In this document: positions 24,648-38,147 of the stretch, piece after piece
Layout of the letters: the number at the start of each line of letters is the position of its first letter
Position numbering within the stretch: the stretch's first letter is position 1
Origin: Phoronis australis
Taxonomy: Eukaryota > Animalia > Phoronida
DNA length: 64,000 nucleotides
Direction: 5' to 3'
NCBI GenBank assembly: GCA_002633005.1
Contig: NMRA01000030.1
Coordinates: forward strand, 1,271,588 to 1,335,587
The notes under the pieces: generated by a model
The model's input: only the letters and a program-made list of their open reading frames with translations
Databases searched by the model: none
What the model was told of the DNA's origin: nothing
Program-made: the position numbers and the translations under genes

Positions 24648-24795
24648 CATTTCCTCTAAGCTGCGCGATTCTTGAACGATGTTAGTGACCTGTTTATTTA
24701 CAAGAAACTTGTCTTGCACTCGTTGACAAACCAGATCTGTTTCCTTCTTCATTAATTTCTGGACCTCGTGCAGTAACTCCCGGAACATGAACGAC
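24648..24795 (-). CDS. Host gene coding exon 2 (RSFMFRELL...SLEEM)
   Basis: Acceptor TACTTGCAG|, donor ATG|GTAGGA, 148 nt, phase 2/0. Confidence 0.83.
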
Positions 24796-25297
24796 CTGCA
24801 AGTACATTTAAACTTGGGGTTTTGGTTATAATGACAGGGAAGCACGCCCAAGTTTTCAATAGGCACTGCAGCAGTTGCCTTCATAAAAGTGGATTATCAA
24901 ACGCCTTTAAGACAACCTGGTCTTCCTAAATCTGGTCTAATTTTAGACCTGACTTGCATTTCACCTCTGAGGGCCAGGTTTTTAGTCAAGTTGCAACTTT
25001 AGTAAAACCGGGTTTAATATATACCAAGGCAGCAAACACACCCCTGAAATACTTCAATGGAACCTTGGTCATGTGGGTATAAATGGCACACAGTAGAATC
25101 AGTGTAAGCATTTATTGGTGGTTTTGTTAACAAAGAAAGGTGTCAAAAAGGTTTCATTATAGAACTGATTAGAGGAGACAAAACACCCAGGGTTAGCTGC
25201 AAATTTATTCCCGTGTCGAGGAAGGGGGTGGGTTAGCACCGCAGCCCGCTCTTAACTTTTACTATGTTGACGTCCTGTTCGCCCTACAAAGTGCAAT

Positions 25298-28200
25298 TAG
25301 CCCAGTCATTCTAGGGTTCCAGAGGGCCCAACCTAGAAAAAAATTTCAACAGAATGTTTTTTTTTGCATAAATGGCATCTTCAAGCATCCCTTGGTGCCA
25401 GAAATTTTTTTCCGAAATCGGAGTGGCGCAATTCGGTTTTTCAAGATGGCGTAAAAATGGCCCCCTAAACCTATGTTTACTGCTTTCTACTCATATGTAA
25501 CAGCTGAAAATAAAACAATAAAGTTTGTCATTGATTTTATGCTGTTTGCAACAGGCATACCAATCAAAAGATGCCAAGTTTCCGAGAAAAAAACCACTAT
25601 GGCCCACACAAATGCGGCCAAAACGACAATTTGGTACATGTTGTAAGATTTCTTTTTTATATTTTGCCCTGAAAATGACAAAATTTTTATTCTTTTGTAA
25701 GTTAGACAATTGAAAATATCTGGACCTCACAATTGGTCACTGGTTGGAGAGAAAAAAATCAAGATGTCTGACAAAATGGCCGCCAAACTGGCCGCCAACT
25801 CACAAAACCCCAATTTAAAGCATTTACGTTCTGCCAACTTTGTTTGTAACCTGATAGGCATTTACACAAAAACCTTTTATAATCTACAATCAGGGTTAAT
25901 GAGTTGATCGTTTCTATAATTTGTTTTTCAAAGTTAGATACTAAATGTGGAACTTTAATCACATTTTAGATTACATAACATAAAATTTGTTGTGTTTTTC
26001 AGGAAAGGCTTTAATTAAATTCTCATAATAAGTAAAATGTACTGCTCTCTGAGAACTGCATTTATACCTGAGTGGTGCTGGCATGAACCAAGTAAACATA
26101 AATTTGTAAAACTAATGAAAATGTCGGAGCCCATTGCTCAGATTAATCTAATGAAATTTGTATTTCACGCCACTGCTCTCAGGGAAAAGCTGCTCAGCGT
26201 TATCCTGTAAATTTTATGTAACATGTGGGCCAAGGCCTTAAATGTTGAAATACATGAATTTGAATAAATTTCACACACTCAATTACTCTTCTGATAAATA
26301 TGTTCATTTGAGGTATCAAAAATGATATTTCATTGAAAAATATGAAATTCTGGTGGAGTTAATGGCTTATTCATTTTACAAACACTGAATAAAATTGGGC
26401 AGGAAGTGGCTTTTTTCTCTGCTATTAGATGTTCCCAAGCCATTATTTTGTCTGCTGCTGGCTTGTGTTGAGAATTTGGCTCTTGATTTCATCTGAATTT
26501 GATGAAAAGCAAATAAAATTGTGTAACAAAAAGTTAATAATTAAGTTTTAACATTTAGTACTCACAATTTGTTTAGTATGCATGTTTTTATGAACATAGG
26601 TAACAGATTTTAGAGGAAATTAAGGCCAGCAAACAAAACGACAGTGATCTGCAGTCACTTATTCTTAGCCAGGCTTGGCAGATTTTAAACTGAGATGAGC
26701 TTTCTGGGATGAATTGGATATGTAATACCAGGCACAGGGCTTCAAGAAGTTCTTGAGACGGTGCATGCATCAAACAGTGTGATCTTTATGTCCACTTCCA
26801 AATATTGACAGATCAAGTAACGTCAATCCAGAACCAATGAAGAAAGAAGTTCCGGTTCTTCAGAAATCCCATGAGTTCCGAATGTCACCGACGCAGAACA
26901 CACAGGTTCCGTGCCACGAGAGGGAGCAATTCAATGTTTGTACACCAACGTTGGCTCGTTGGAATATGGAGACAGATTCTTCAGACATCCCAACTGATCA
27001 CATAACTAGATGTATAGGCTGGGGCATGCAATGCACAGCCAGTGTCTTCCGATTCTGAACCTTGATTTACAGTGGAATACCCTCACGAGAGTTCAATTCT
27101 GGCTTCCGACCTACTGCCACTGGTATATTCAAACATGACTGAATCAGACTATAGATCTTCAGAATTCGCAGTGACAGAGAATAGTTCGTCAGAAGAATCG
27201 AGGTCGTTTGAAGCTGTATGATGATCTTATTGCTGGCATGACGTCTGTGTGCGGCGACATATGCTCGTCGAAGTGTCTTTATCCATAAAATCGAAGCACA
27301 TAAATTAGACTTGTCCTTGCAAAGTCGAATCATTAGTCTTTGGCTACAGTATATGAAGGTGATTGACATCCTTTGACTTTTTTAAAAGCACAAATAATGT
27401 CAGATTGTGAACTTCACCTAAAGCAGTTTCTGAAATGCTGCCTTACATTGCAGCTGCTTGCCACAACTCTTATGCAAAATATGCATACATATACTTGCAG
27501 CAGGCGCAGCAACTCAAAGACACCCGCCAAGATGTCATAAGACAAAGTGGCAGATTTTGGACACACTTGTTATATGATCTTGTAATTAAACAAACGCTCA
27601 TGAAAAGTATCTAAGGACCAGGAGCTTTAACTAGAGGTTGCAAAATGGGAGATACATGTACGCAGAGCGCACCGTGGCTACTTTCCTTGCCGGCATGCTC
27701 AATTATAAATGGTGCCATGCAGACCGTGACAAACGTGAGTTGTGAAACATGTCTGCAGCATAAAAAATGTACCCAGGCAAGACAGTCGCGTGACGACAAA
27801 GACATCTGTAGCCTTGTTGAATTCCTCTACAACAGAAACCCATTTTAAAGAGAAACATTAGAACATCGTCATTGGTGTGACTGCTGGCACGCACGCTTGT
27901 CTATGGAGGGGTCAAGTGTGAAAGACTTCAGATTCAGAAAGAAAGACAAGGTTGTGGCAATGACAACACAATCAGTTCGTGTTGTTAATAGTGATTTACA
28001 CAAGTGGATCTACGACTGCTACTTCAGCGAATCCTGACGGCTGCAAAAGACAACATTGAAAGTTAAAGAAGCCTCTTGAGCTTTTAGCTGTGTGTTGGTT
28101 CCCCTGCTCTTTTTGATACATCTGGTCTTCCCAGAGTCTCGAATAAATCAATATTAGCTGATGTAATCTGGTCCAGCAGGGACTACCTGAGGATTTCAGT

Positions 28201-30204
28201 TTCCAGAAAACACGGTGATGCGGTTCTCTCCTTCACCGTATTCCATGGCCTAGAGCTACAACGTTTTAGTCGTTTGGCAGAGCTTATGTGGATTACATTA
28301 GCAAGTGCACCCAGCCTACTGTTGTTTTTATGGTTACTGAGATGAGCCATCAACTAAAGATGTTTCCCATGCTCGACTTTTGAATGAGGTGGTTGGAACT
28401 GAAGCTCACTGCAAGGGTGACATGGTGACCAAGCAAATGCCAGAACATTTTTTGGCAAACAACAAAAACAAACAATGATTCATTCATTTCTTGTCAAGTA
28501 TGCTAGGAAATGCTGGTTGCACAGTGGTATAAGCTCAAGGTGACGCAGATGTTTTAACTGTAGAAACAGCAGTAGAGACGCAGCACAAGGTCCAACTACC
28601 CTTATTGCAGACGATACAGTTCTTTTGTGTTACCATGCTAATTCACAATAATTTCCAATGTTCAAGAAATTTGACAAGAGGCATCAAAGCAAGAGGAGAG
28701 TCTGGGACATCAATAAACTACAGTTGTCTCTTGGAGCCGAAACTTGCGCAGTTTTTCCATTTGCGCATGCAAAGTCTCTCCCATTCAAGAAACTGCATGA
28801 TCGAGAATTCTGCGAAAACGCTAGAGTATTCACTAGACCCATGCAGCTCAAGCAAGACATATTTGAAGCTGGTGAGAGTTGTGTTTATGTGTGGCTTTGG
28901 AAATTTAGATGACTTGCGATGCAGGCGATTTGTAGATGCGGTGTCAGACTAGCCCCAGTCCAAATACAGTCATTACCACCAACTTTCTTCAGTAGCTTAA
29001 TTCCATTGTGCCCGGACATATTATACAGAGTAAGAGTGGTCAAGTTTCCGTCGCAGTGGCCTAGACTTGCTGTATTGGGGACAGATGCTGGCAGGTGGAA
29101 AATTCATTCCCACGACGATGGACCAGTCAGCAGCACCAGAAAACCTGCTGGAAGTAGTAAGATGCTCGTGTAAGACCAACTGCAGTTCCAAGAGATGTTC
29201 TTGCCAGAAGTTAGGATTGCGGTGCTCGGTTGCATGTGGAGAATGTTGTGGTTTAAGCTGCAACAATTCATTCTCAGTTGACAGAGACTAGTTGTGTAAA
29301 TACTGGTTGATTGTGTACAGATTTAGATCACAGACTGAGAATGACTGCTTCAGACAGACATGTAACATAACTAAAGAGACGCCTAGTGGGGACTGTGCAA
29401 GCACTTATATCATAAACTGTTTAACTTGCTGAGTTTACCTTGCTAAACCTTTTTCCTGTCTCAACTGTTGCTTTATTCACTAGCATTCACAACTAACTGG
29501 AGGTGACACAGACGGTGTGGATAGTAGATCAATAGCAGGAATTTATTTTCGATACTGCACATTTTTTCAGGAGGAGAATTATCCTTCAGTCCAGGCGAAC
29601 CTGATGTTTTTCACCCAAATAAGTTATTATTCGTTAAACAATCTTGAAAATGGTAGTCGTAATCATCAGAGCCAGACCAAATACTTGTAATGGTCGTACT
29701 GACCTAAAAAACTCAGGATATGAAATCTGTGAAGATGGCGTGTCTCTGGAATCGTAAATTCATACATGAAGCAACTATTTGGTGGCCATCTTATATAATG
29801 GTGGAAGTAATCATTAGAGCCAAATGCAATGAGTCTCAATGGATTAGTCAACCCAGAAAACTTATGATGCAATGTTTGAAGCAAGACAACATACTAATCT
29901 GTTCGTGCATATTTGTGTGACTTGAGGTACTTTTGGCAGCCATCTTGGAAAATGGTGGACGGTGTCACCACAACCAAGCAAAACTATTTCCAATGGATTT
30001 GTTGACCCATGAAAGATTGGTAAACCTTTTTGAATTTTTACTCCATCACATGCCACTCTCGAGATAATGGTCTGCTGGCGGCCATTTTGTCCGCCATCTT
30101 GAAAAACCAACTTCCGCCTCTCCGATTCCGGTAGACTTTTTTCTCACACTAAGAGGAGTGAGAGGATACGATTTATGCAATAAAACCTTCTGTTGACTGG
30201 ACTA
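25298..30204 (+). mobile_element. Academ (AcademX-type) DNA transposon, decayed, in host-gene intron 1
   Basis: Termini TAGCCCAGTCA / TGACTGGACTA, inverted subterminal blocks (CAACAGAA, GCATAAAT, TTTTCAAGATGGCG), flanks AAT/AAA, and coding remnants inside. Confidence 0.85.
27300..29291 (+). pseudogene. Academ transposase / XPG-like nuclease / Cys8 zinc-finger remnant
   Basis: SRIISLWLQYMKVIDIL..CELHL..VSEMLPYIAAACHNSYAKYAYIYLQ; QTLMKSI*GPGALTRG; GDADVLTV; C-terminal APENLLEVVRCSCKTNCSSKRCSCQKLGLRCSVACGECCGLSCNN. Confidence 0.88.
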
Positions 30205-31203
30205 AAAGTGAAAATTAGAAACTTGTCCATTCTCGATCTAAAATTCCGTCCGTGTTGTACACTGCGGCTTCTTGCAGCTTCACTGATGAGTACACGTACC
30301 ATATATTGGGTTTGACCAAGGTAGAGTTCAAGAACGCCAGAAAATACGCTAGGACCTAGCTAAAAAGAATGAAAGCCTGAGATACTGCCATGTATTTCAA
30401 CTGAGAACACGTGATTTTTCGAGACAGCTACTGAACTCTACCCAGGTACAGTATAAGGGTTTAAAGTGGAACTTGCACGCCAATTCCTTATTTCTGTGCT
30501 TGCTTGGTCAAATCAGTTAGAAACACAACATGCATCGTATACTGACGATGTGAATAGACAGAAGGTTGAAAATTGCCAAATATCTTTAAGAACGAGCTTT
30601 GTGTCGAAAACGATCCTCTATAAACCACTAAACTGTATCCAGAAAGTACCGTTACGCGGTGTTGAGGAATAACTCTGCGAGATGTGGGCTATTTGAATCC
30701 CCAAGGTACGTCATTAGTGCAAAGGTCACTTATTTGTAGAATTTTTGTTTTCACATTTACAAATTGTATATGAACATAACTGCACTTTTTTAGCGTAGAT
30801 GATGTTCAAAAAGCATTGTCGTTTAGTTCCTGCTATACATGAGCGTAGTTGGGAGTGTGGAAATACATCTCCAAGACCTTACAACAGGTTAAAGAAATAT
30901 GCACCTCGGTGGTAAAATGAAAGTAAACTTAGACCAGGTTTTACTAAGCCGTAGATCTGAAAGTTAAATTATTTTCATGAAACCCAGATTATGTTTAAAG
31001 CTGGTCGAAGTCCAATTATAACCAGGTAAAAATTCAAACCACGTTTACAAATTCGGGTGCATGTGTCATCCTCCTCGCGTGTTCCGAAATTTTAGACTTG
31101 GGGGTTTTACCCAGTATGCACAAGCGTGTTGAATTTGGAAGTCTAAATCTGTTGCATAAGCTGATTAACTGAAATAGGACACTATTATTTTTGGACAATG
31201 TAC

Positions 31204-31751
31204 CTCTTACGCCTTTCGAGGGCTCGTCGAAATTGATTTTTCCATGTAAGCTTCTGTGTCACCATACGTTCCAAACGATCGACTTCATCTTGGTCTAAAC
31301 ATTCCTGTTCGAGTTTCTCAATTTCCTCCAAATAGTGCTGTTTGTCGCTTACCAGCGCCCACAAACTGTATTCTGATACCATGCCCTCTATCTTTCTGTC
31401 TGATACCACACTGTCTTTGGTCACCTCCTCTTCCGTAAGACTGGGATGCTTGAAGTAAGGAACTTTTGCACGAATGCCACCTTGCGACTGAGTGGAGTCC
31501 AAATTTCGTAGGTGTATAAATCTACGAAAGTTTGGACTTGATTTAGTTCCAGAACATCGCCTAGGTTGTTCCTCCCCAGTTGAATCAGTCTCCGTGCCTT
31601 GGGCTGCGCTAGGAATGAATTCTAATATCTGTGGCAGGGTGTCATCCTCTTGTAGAGTTGTGACTCTACTTCTGTAAGATGATCTCGAGCCGTCGCTTCT
31701 GTGGCAATCAGGTTCAAATCCAACACTTTTCTTTCTCCGTTTCGAACTCAT
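31204..31751 (-). CDS. Host gene coding exon 1 (MSSKRRKK...RALERRKR); the exon probably starts at acceptor 31815 with 5' UTR
   Basis: Longest non-TE ORF in the window. Upstream acceptor TTCGTTGTTCTCCAG|; donor AG|GTACAT, phase 2, matches exon 2. Confidence 0.8.
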
Positions 31752-32432
31752 ACTTTCATACGAGTATTATATAATCTTGCTTTAATCAGTGAAGTTAAAG
31801 GTATGGCTCGGTAATCTGGAGAACAACGAAAATAAATTGCTTATATTTCTACAGTGATTCTACCGACTAACGCACTAAATTCTGAATTTTATCGTTAAAT
31901 GGCTGTAATAGGCGAGTGGACTACTATTCTAGTTGCCATAAAGCTGAACCTGCAATGTTGTTTACTGTAAAAATTTCTTTTGGAAATTTGTTATATGTGG
32001 TTAGGAGAATAAAATTACCTTGGTTGCACTTTGTGCAACTTCGAGCATTTTTTAAAATTCAAGATGGCGGCTTCTGCCATCTTAATTTCGCCTAATTTCC
32101 ACACTCTGAACATGATACCGTGTAGGATCCTGCAATTCATGGTTTCCAATATTTTTTGGGACGGAGAGTCCATTTCTGATATTATTTTATGGATGCAAGA
32201 TCAAAGTCAAGGTCAAAAGAGAGGTCAAATGTCACATTGAACTGAAACAAGGAAAATTCTTCTATTTTGCGCAATGAAATGTTAGATTTATGGGGAATGC
32301 GGAATTATCATTTCTGTGATTCCATTATTTCAAGAATAAGGATTGCTAAATACTTGAGAAATAAGATATCCTCCCAACATCTCAATAATTAGTATAAAGT
32401 ATTGTTGTACCAGGCCTATACGCATGCCTCGT

Positions 32433-32540
32433 GAGGAAGCAGTGTGACCTGGTTGATAAGTGCCCGCTTTCCTTACTCGAGGTCGTGGGTTCGAGTCCCA
32501 TCAGGTCACAGTGCTAAACCCTTGAGCCAGGTTTCTAGCT
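32433..32540 (+). mobile_element. tRNA-derived SINE head with a CORE-like motif
   Basis: B box GGTTCGAGTCC (32488-32498) followed by CCCTTGAGCCAGG. A more decayed inverted copy lies at about 32755-32850. Confidence 0.6.
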
Positions 32541-33876
32541 TTTCAGCTCGGTTTTAACGATATATTAATAAAGCATAAACATATTTCCAGGGGATCAGTG
32601 CAGTGGGCCCACATGCGAGGCCAGCGCATTCTGGTACAACGTGTATCAGACCGCCTGCAATTATTGTTTATATACGCATGCCGTCCGCTCAGGGAGGCCC
32701 ATCGCACTGATCACCTTGGGCCATCTTTATGTTTTTTTAGTTGAATCAGTATCTAGGGATTTGACTCAAGCGACCAGTCATGTGCTCCGTGTGACTCGAT
32801 AACACAACCTTGAGTATAGGAAAGACACTAAGCCACACTGCCTCCTCATCACGATAGTGAATAGGGGTATATGTATAGATTACGCGTAATCCGTGCAGGG
32901 TACATACACGTAGACTAGGATGGGCACTATTATTAATCCAGGGAAAACTCATAAACTATGACTTCTGGAACTATAAAGGATTGTAACTTTCCCGGCTTTG
33001 TGGAGCCGTCTGGCTTCTTCTACAGGGGATTGATGACTCACTGGTTCTCGAGAAAATTTCACACAATCCCCACATGCTTCGGTGCTCATAGAGAACAGCT
33101 TCAAGGCAATGGACCACGAGCCAATGACTGCGAAAATTTAAACTTGACACCTCCGTGCCTACTCAGAGAGGGGTTATTAGCGTTTCTGACAATTCGTTCA
33201 AACCAAGAACTTGTCTCTGTCCAGTACCCTCACGTCTTGTGACCTCTCATGTTGGAAGGACTTGTTCAGGTCAAATCTCTGAAATGTTCCATTATGTCCG
33301 AAATACTACCATTCCTCTTCTCCATTTGAGTCTTGGCGACTACTGAATCAAGAGTTCGGAGACGTCAGTGTTGTCACAAGTGTGGGTGCCTTCTTCCACC
33401 ACTTTAAACATTGACCAAAACGACGTCTGCTTGAGCATGTGTAATTACACAGTGGTTCTTCTTGATCTGCTCGATGTTGAATAGAAGGGAATAGCTTCAT
33501 ACACATAGACGGTTGTTTAAAATAGCGTTATTTAGAATAGTTTAGTGGCAAAAGGGATATTTGCTCATGTTATCGTCTCATGGTCCTTTGTATAGGGATC
33601 TTTGTGGTAATATTTTTCAAAGCTAATAATTGTTTCACAAGCAGGAGGATAGGGGGCTAGTAGAGTGCCGAGGCTTTACCTACATCTCCTGTAGTTCCAG
33701 AAACACTACAAACAACGTGCTACAAAAGCTGGACAACAGCAACCAACACTACCTCCGGAGCAAAATGATTTGACCAAAATGTCACACTTCCTCAGACTGT
33801 CGTACTTGCCGATCTGGGCTGTAGGGAGTGGACTCAATAGGTTCATACCCAAAGATATCAGCTAAGTTAATGTTAA

Positions 33877-35544
33877 AGGAGCATGTCACCCCAAAAACAA
33901 CCTAATTTGTATCAATTTAAATCGAGTAGTTCTACTCGATAACGGCAGGTTCGGTTGCGTTACCTTACACTTGACGGCAGACGGAGGTGTTGAAATTATC
34001 CAATGACGTAATTGGTTTCACACGCAGTCTGTTCAGCGGTTCACAACACGGGTTACTGGTGTCAGCTTATTGCTTGAATTCATCGTTTAACACCAATAAA
34101 TCATCAAACTTCGATGTAAAACCCTTAAAAATACACCGAGTTCTTATAAAAAAATGTTGTTTAATTTCGCTGTTACGGATTTAAGGGTGTTTAGACACAC
34201 CGTAGCCTACAAAGTTCCGCAGGCTAATAAGGTCCGTAGCAGGAGTTTAGGGTCTGTTTTAAGTATTTTTCTGTGAGATACAGACAGGAGAACCTAGATC
34301 TGTGTTGTTTATTTTTTATGTCTAAACACACAAAACGATTGTTATCCTCAGGCTGGCCAGTTGCTCTGAGCCCGATCAGGCCTGTCGCGGCCGGCGGGAC
34401 TGACTCGTTATCCCGGCCAGTGGCTCGGAAGCCGATAAATAGACATCACGACCATAACCAATCCAAAGTTGGAAACTAAACTTCCAGTCAAGAAATACTA
34501 GTGAGCCAGAGAAGTAAAGTGCACATGATTATGTTGGTGAATTAGCCACGAAACTGCAAATCTACTTACTCGTCGGGGGCCGCGAAGTCAGGTTCCGCTT
34601 TGGCCACAGAACCGTCACGGCTTAAGTTTTGCATTGACAATCATTATTTGAATTTTGAATAATGTAAATGTAAATAAAGATTCCCTATCACCTGGCCGTG
34701 GGATAGAAATCGAGTTGTTTCACCACAGTTTCTGTCAGCAAACACTGAATTAGCATGAGGTCAGACGGCCTCGGTGTACCGTCAGTTAGTTTTATTACAC
34801 ACAAAGCCGTTAACACAACGATTTATTCATTGCTTTCTTCTCAAATCATTTGCACTCACTCACGAACACTCCAAAGGCATTCCAAATTGGTCTAATGAGA
34901 CACACTTTTTCAGTTTTATATAACTATTGGTATAATGGTGAGAATAATTCATTTTGAAACAGAGCGCTCAGTAATAAACTTCGTCAACACGGCAACTCGC
35001 AATCCCGACTTAGACGAAAGCTCATCCCAAGGAAGACTTCCCAGGTGGATCATTAAGTTTCACAGGCTATCAGTTCGAACAGGAATACAGTGATGAAGAA
35101 ATACTAGAGAGGCGTCGTGAACAAGCTCAGACAACGGAACGTATGGATAGTTATTTGGTAAGCCGGCATTCGTCAGGCAATGTCGACTGCAGTCCACAGA
35201 CACGGAGATGTTTCACGGCCTCATACTTGCTATTTACAGCGTACTTTTAATTCCTCACTACCGCAAGCCACTTCCTAAGCATTTCGGACTCTCGAGGAAG
35301 TCGAAAAAACGACATACCCGCTTTCCTCGCAGCTGCATAATTCGGGCAAGCGGGGACGATGCACCGCAACATAGCGGCATTAATTCTGCAAATGAACCAC
35401 TGACGTCGCTGCGTCGTTTCTCACCTTCCTCACAGGTGAGCGCGACACCTCTTGTCAAGGTAAGGTCGACCGTATGCGAGGCGATGTGGATATAGACCGA
35501 TTCAGACGGCAAAAAAGACTAATTAAATCGCGTGGCATTCTCCT
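33877..35544 (+). mobile_element. Non-autonomous Kolobok element with a KolX/P2X7-C-terminal-like remnant
   Basis: TTAA|AGGAGCATGTCAC..GTGGCATTCTCCT|TTAA; internal GYQFEQEYSDEEILERRR at about 35065-35120. Confidence 0.8.
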
Positions 35545-35842
35545 TTAAAATGCTGTCTTACAACTAACTGAACAGCGTCTCAACTCCATGACCTTCCCCT
35601 CCAGAATTTTGACTTTTTCTTACTTGCTTTGTAGTATTCACTTCTTATTGAAACTAAAAATCTGACTGCTCATGCCCAATGACCAGCTCGTTTTGTTACT
35701 GACAAAATACCCACACAAAAATAAATTTGGACAATGAAGTCCAATGACTTATTTCTGCCATTATTACTGTCTCCGTAGTTAACAACTCTTGTATCCCATC
35801 TTCTTTGAAGTTCGCTTGATCGACAGAAAATGTATTATATTA

Positions 35843-36070
35843 CATGCGCGCACCCAAGGGGGGCTCGAACGAGTCCCACATTTGGCCCCATATGCTTCCA
35901 AACAACAAAAAATCCGAGAAAACGAGACAAAAGTCCACTAAAAAGACGCGAATCCAAAATTCATAGCCCTGAACGTGATATCCCGTTTTTTTGTCCCATG
36001 TTATTTGTTTGTAAAAGGTCCACATTGCCAAAAATTCGAGCTCTCCTATTTTAGACTGGGTGCGCCCATG
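35843..36070 (+). mobile_element. 228-bp MITE (CATG termini, 5-bp TSD)
   Basis: CATGCGCGCACCCA/TGGGTGCGCCCATG with exact TSD TATTA. Confidence 0.88.
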
Positions 36071-37068
36071 TATTAATGTTATCAAATGAAACAGATGCGT
36101 TCACAGTTGGAGGAGGCGTGTGTTTCTTTGGAGTAGTGTCTTCTTTTCGGAGTAGAGGTTTTTCGGAGTAGTGTTTTTTGGATTAATGAGCAGTAACCAT
36201 ATTAGACGCACCAGCATTGAACTGCTGAGAGTATGAGCATTTCCATGCCATATGCTTTCTCTATTGTGCCAATACCCTCAGGAAACTTGTGAGCAAAATG
36301 TTGGTCCACTATATTACATGTATGCAATAGTGAGCATCTTGAAAATATGTCTTGAAGAGGTTAACGAAGGAAATTAAAAATAATGAGATAAAAATAAATC
36401 TCAGAAGGCTGCTACGCAATTTTGACGTTTGACCTCTGATTTTACCTTGAAAATGACCTTGCATCAGAAAAATAACATCAGAAATGGACTCCCCATCACA
36501 GAAAAGGGTGTAAACAATGTATTACATGACCCTGTTTGTCATCAAGTTGAAAAAACTAAAATGACGGAATCCGCCAACTTTAATTGCAAATAATGTTCAA
36601 AGTTGCACTAAGTGCAACCAAGCTAATTTTGTTCTCTTGATCATATTTAATATATTTTTACAAAAAAATTACAGTAATCAACATTGCAGGGTTCACTATG
36701 GGAGCTATTGGGCTGGCAACTAGACTACAGGGACCATCTAGCGACCACAACCATATTTCGATGGCAATCCGCCGCCAGATTAGCCGCACTGCAGTTTTAT
36801 ATACTAATCTGGAGCCAGTTTGTACACACCATAAGTTATCGGTGAAATCTAGAACACCACTTCATTTTGGAAAAAATTGACAAATGTAGTATCCTTCGGG
36901 TCCTAATATATTTTTATTGTCTGACGATAATTGTAGAAAGGACTTGTCAGATTTTGGTGACACATGTACCCCTGACACAATAATATCCGTTGATTATTGT
37001 CAAAACAACATTTTGATCAAACGTGACACAGGGTATGTGGTTGAGTTCGACAGATTGAATTAGCATAT

Positions 37069-38147
37069 CACCACCAGTGTATGGTGTTTGGTGTGCATGC
37101 ACCACCAGTGTATGGTGTGTAGTGTGCATGCACCAACAGTGTATGGTGTGTAGTGTGCATGCACCACCAGTGTATGGTGTGTAGTGTGCATGCACCAACA
37201 GTGTATGGTGTGGAATGCTCATGCACCAACAGTGTATGGTGTGCAGTGTGCATGCACCAACAGTGAATTGTGTGTAATGCACATGCTCCATCAGTGTATG
37301 GTGTGTAGTGTGCATGCACCACCAATGTATGTTGTGTAGTGTGCAGGCCCCACCAGTGTATGGTGTGTAGTGTGCATACACAACCAGTGTGTGTATTGTG
37401 CATGCCCCACCAGTGCATGGTGTGTAGTGTGTACGTCCCACCAGTGTATGGTGTGTAGTGTGCATGCCACACCAGTGTATGGTGTGTAGTGTGTATGTCC
37501 CACCAGTGTATGGTGTGTAGTGTGCATGCCCCATCATTGTATGGTGTGTAGTGTGCATGCCACACCAGTATATGGTGTGTAGTGTGCATGCCCTACAAGT
37601 GTATAGTGTGTAGTGTGCATACACCACCAGTGCATGGTGTGTAGTGTGCATGCCACACCAGTGTGTGGTATGTAGCGCACTTGCCCCCACCAGTTTGTGG
37701 TGTGTAGCGTACATGCCCCATCAGTGCACGGTGTGTAGTGTGCATGCCCAACCAGTGTATGGTGTGTGGTGTGCATGCCCCACCGGTGTATGGTATGTAG
37801 TGTGCATGCCCCACTAGTGTATGGTATGTAGTGTACATGCCCCACCAGTGTATGGTGTGTGGTGTGCATTCCCCACCAGTGTATGGTGTGTAGTGTGTAT
37901 GCCTCACCAGTGTATGATATGTATTGTGCATACACCAACAGTGTACGGTGTGTACTGTGCATGCAGCACCAGTGTATGGTGTGTGGTGTGCATTCCCCAC
38001 CAGTGTATGGTGTGTAGTGTGTATGCCTCACCATTGTATGATATGTATTGTGCATACACCACCAGTGTACGGAGTGTACTGTGCATGCAGCACCAGTGTA
38101 TGGTGTGTAGTGTGCATGCCTCACTAGTATATGGTGTGTAGTATGCC
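37069..38147. repeat. 29-bp minisatellite, about 37 copies
   Basis: Unit CACCAGTGTATGGTGTGTAGTGTGCATGC. Confidence 0.97.

Larger units (their letters stand above)
31941..36698. mobile_element. Foldback/Academ-like non-autonomous element with diverged TIRs of about 300 bp, containing nested elements
   Basis: 31941-32240 (TGAACCTGCAATGTTG..TTGGTTGCACTTTGTGCAACTT..GAGTCCATTTCTGAT..GAGGTCAAATGTCA) is the inverse of 36420-36698 (..CAACATTGCAGGGTTCACTA). Confidence 0.72.
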
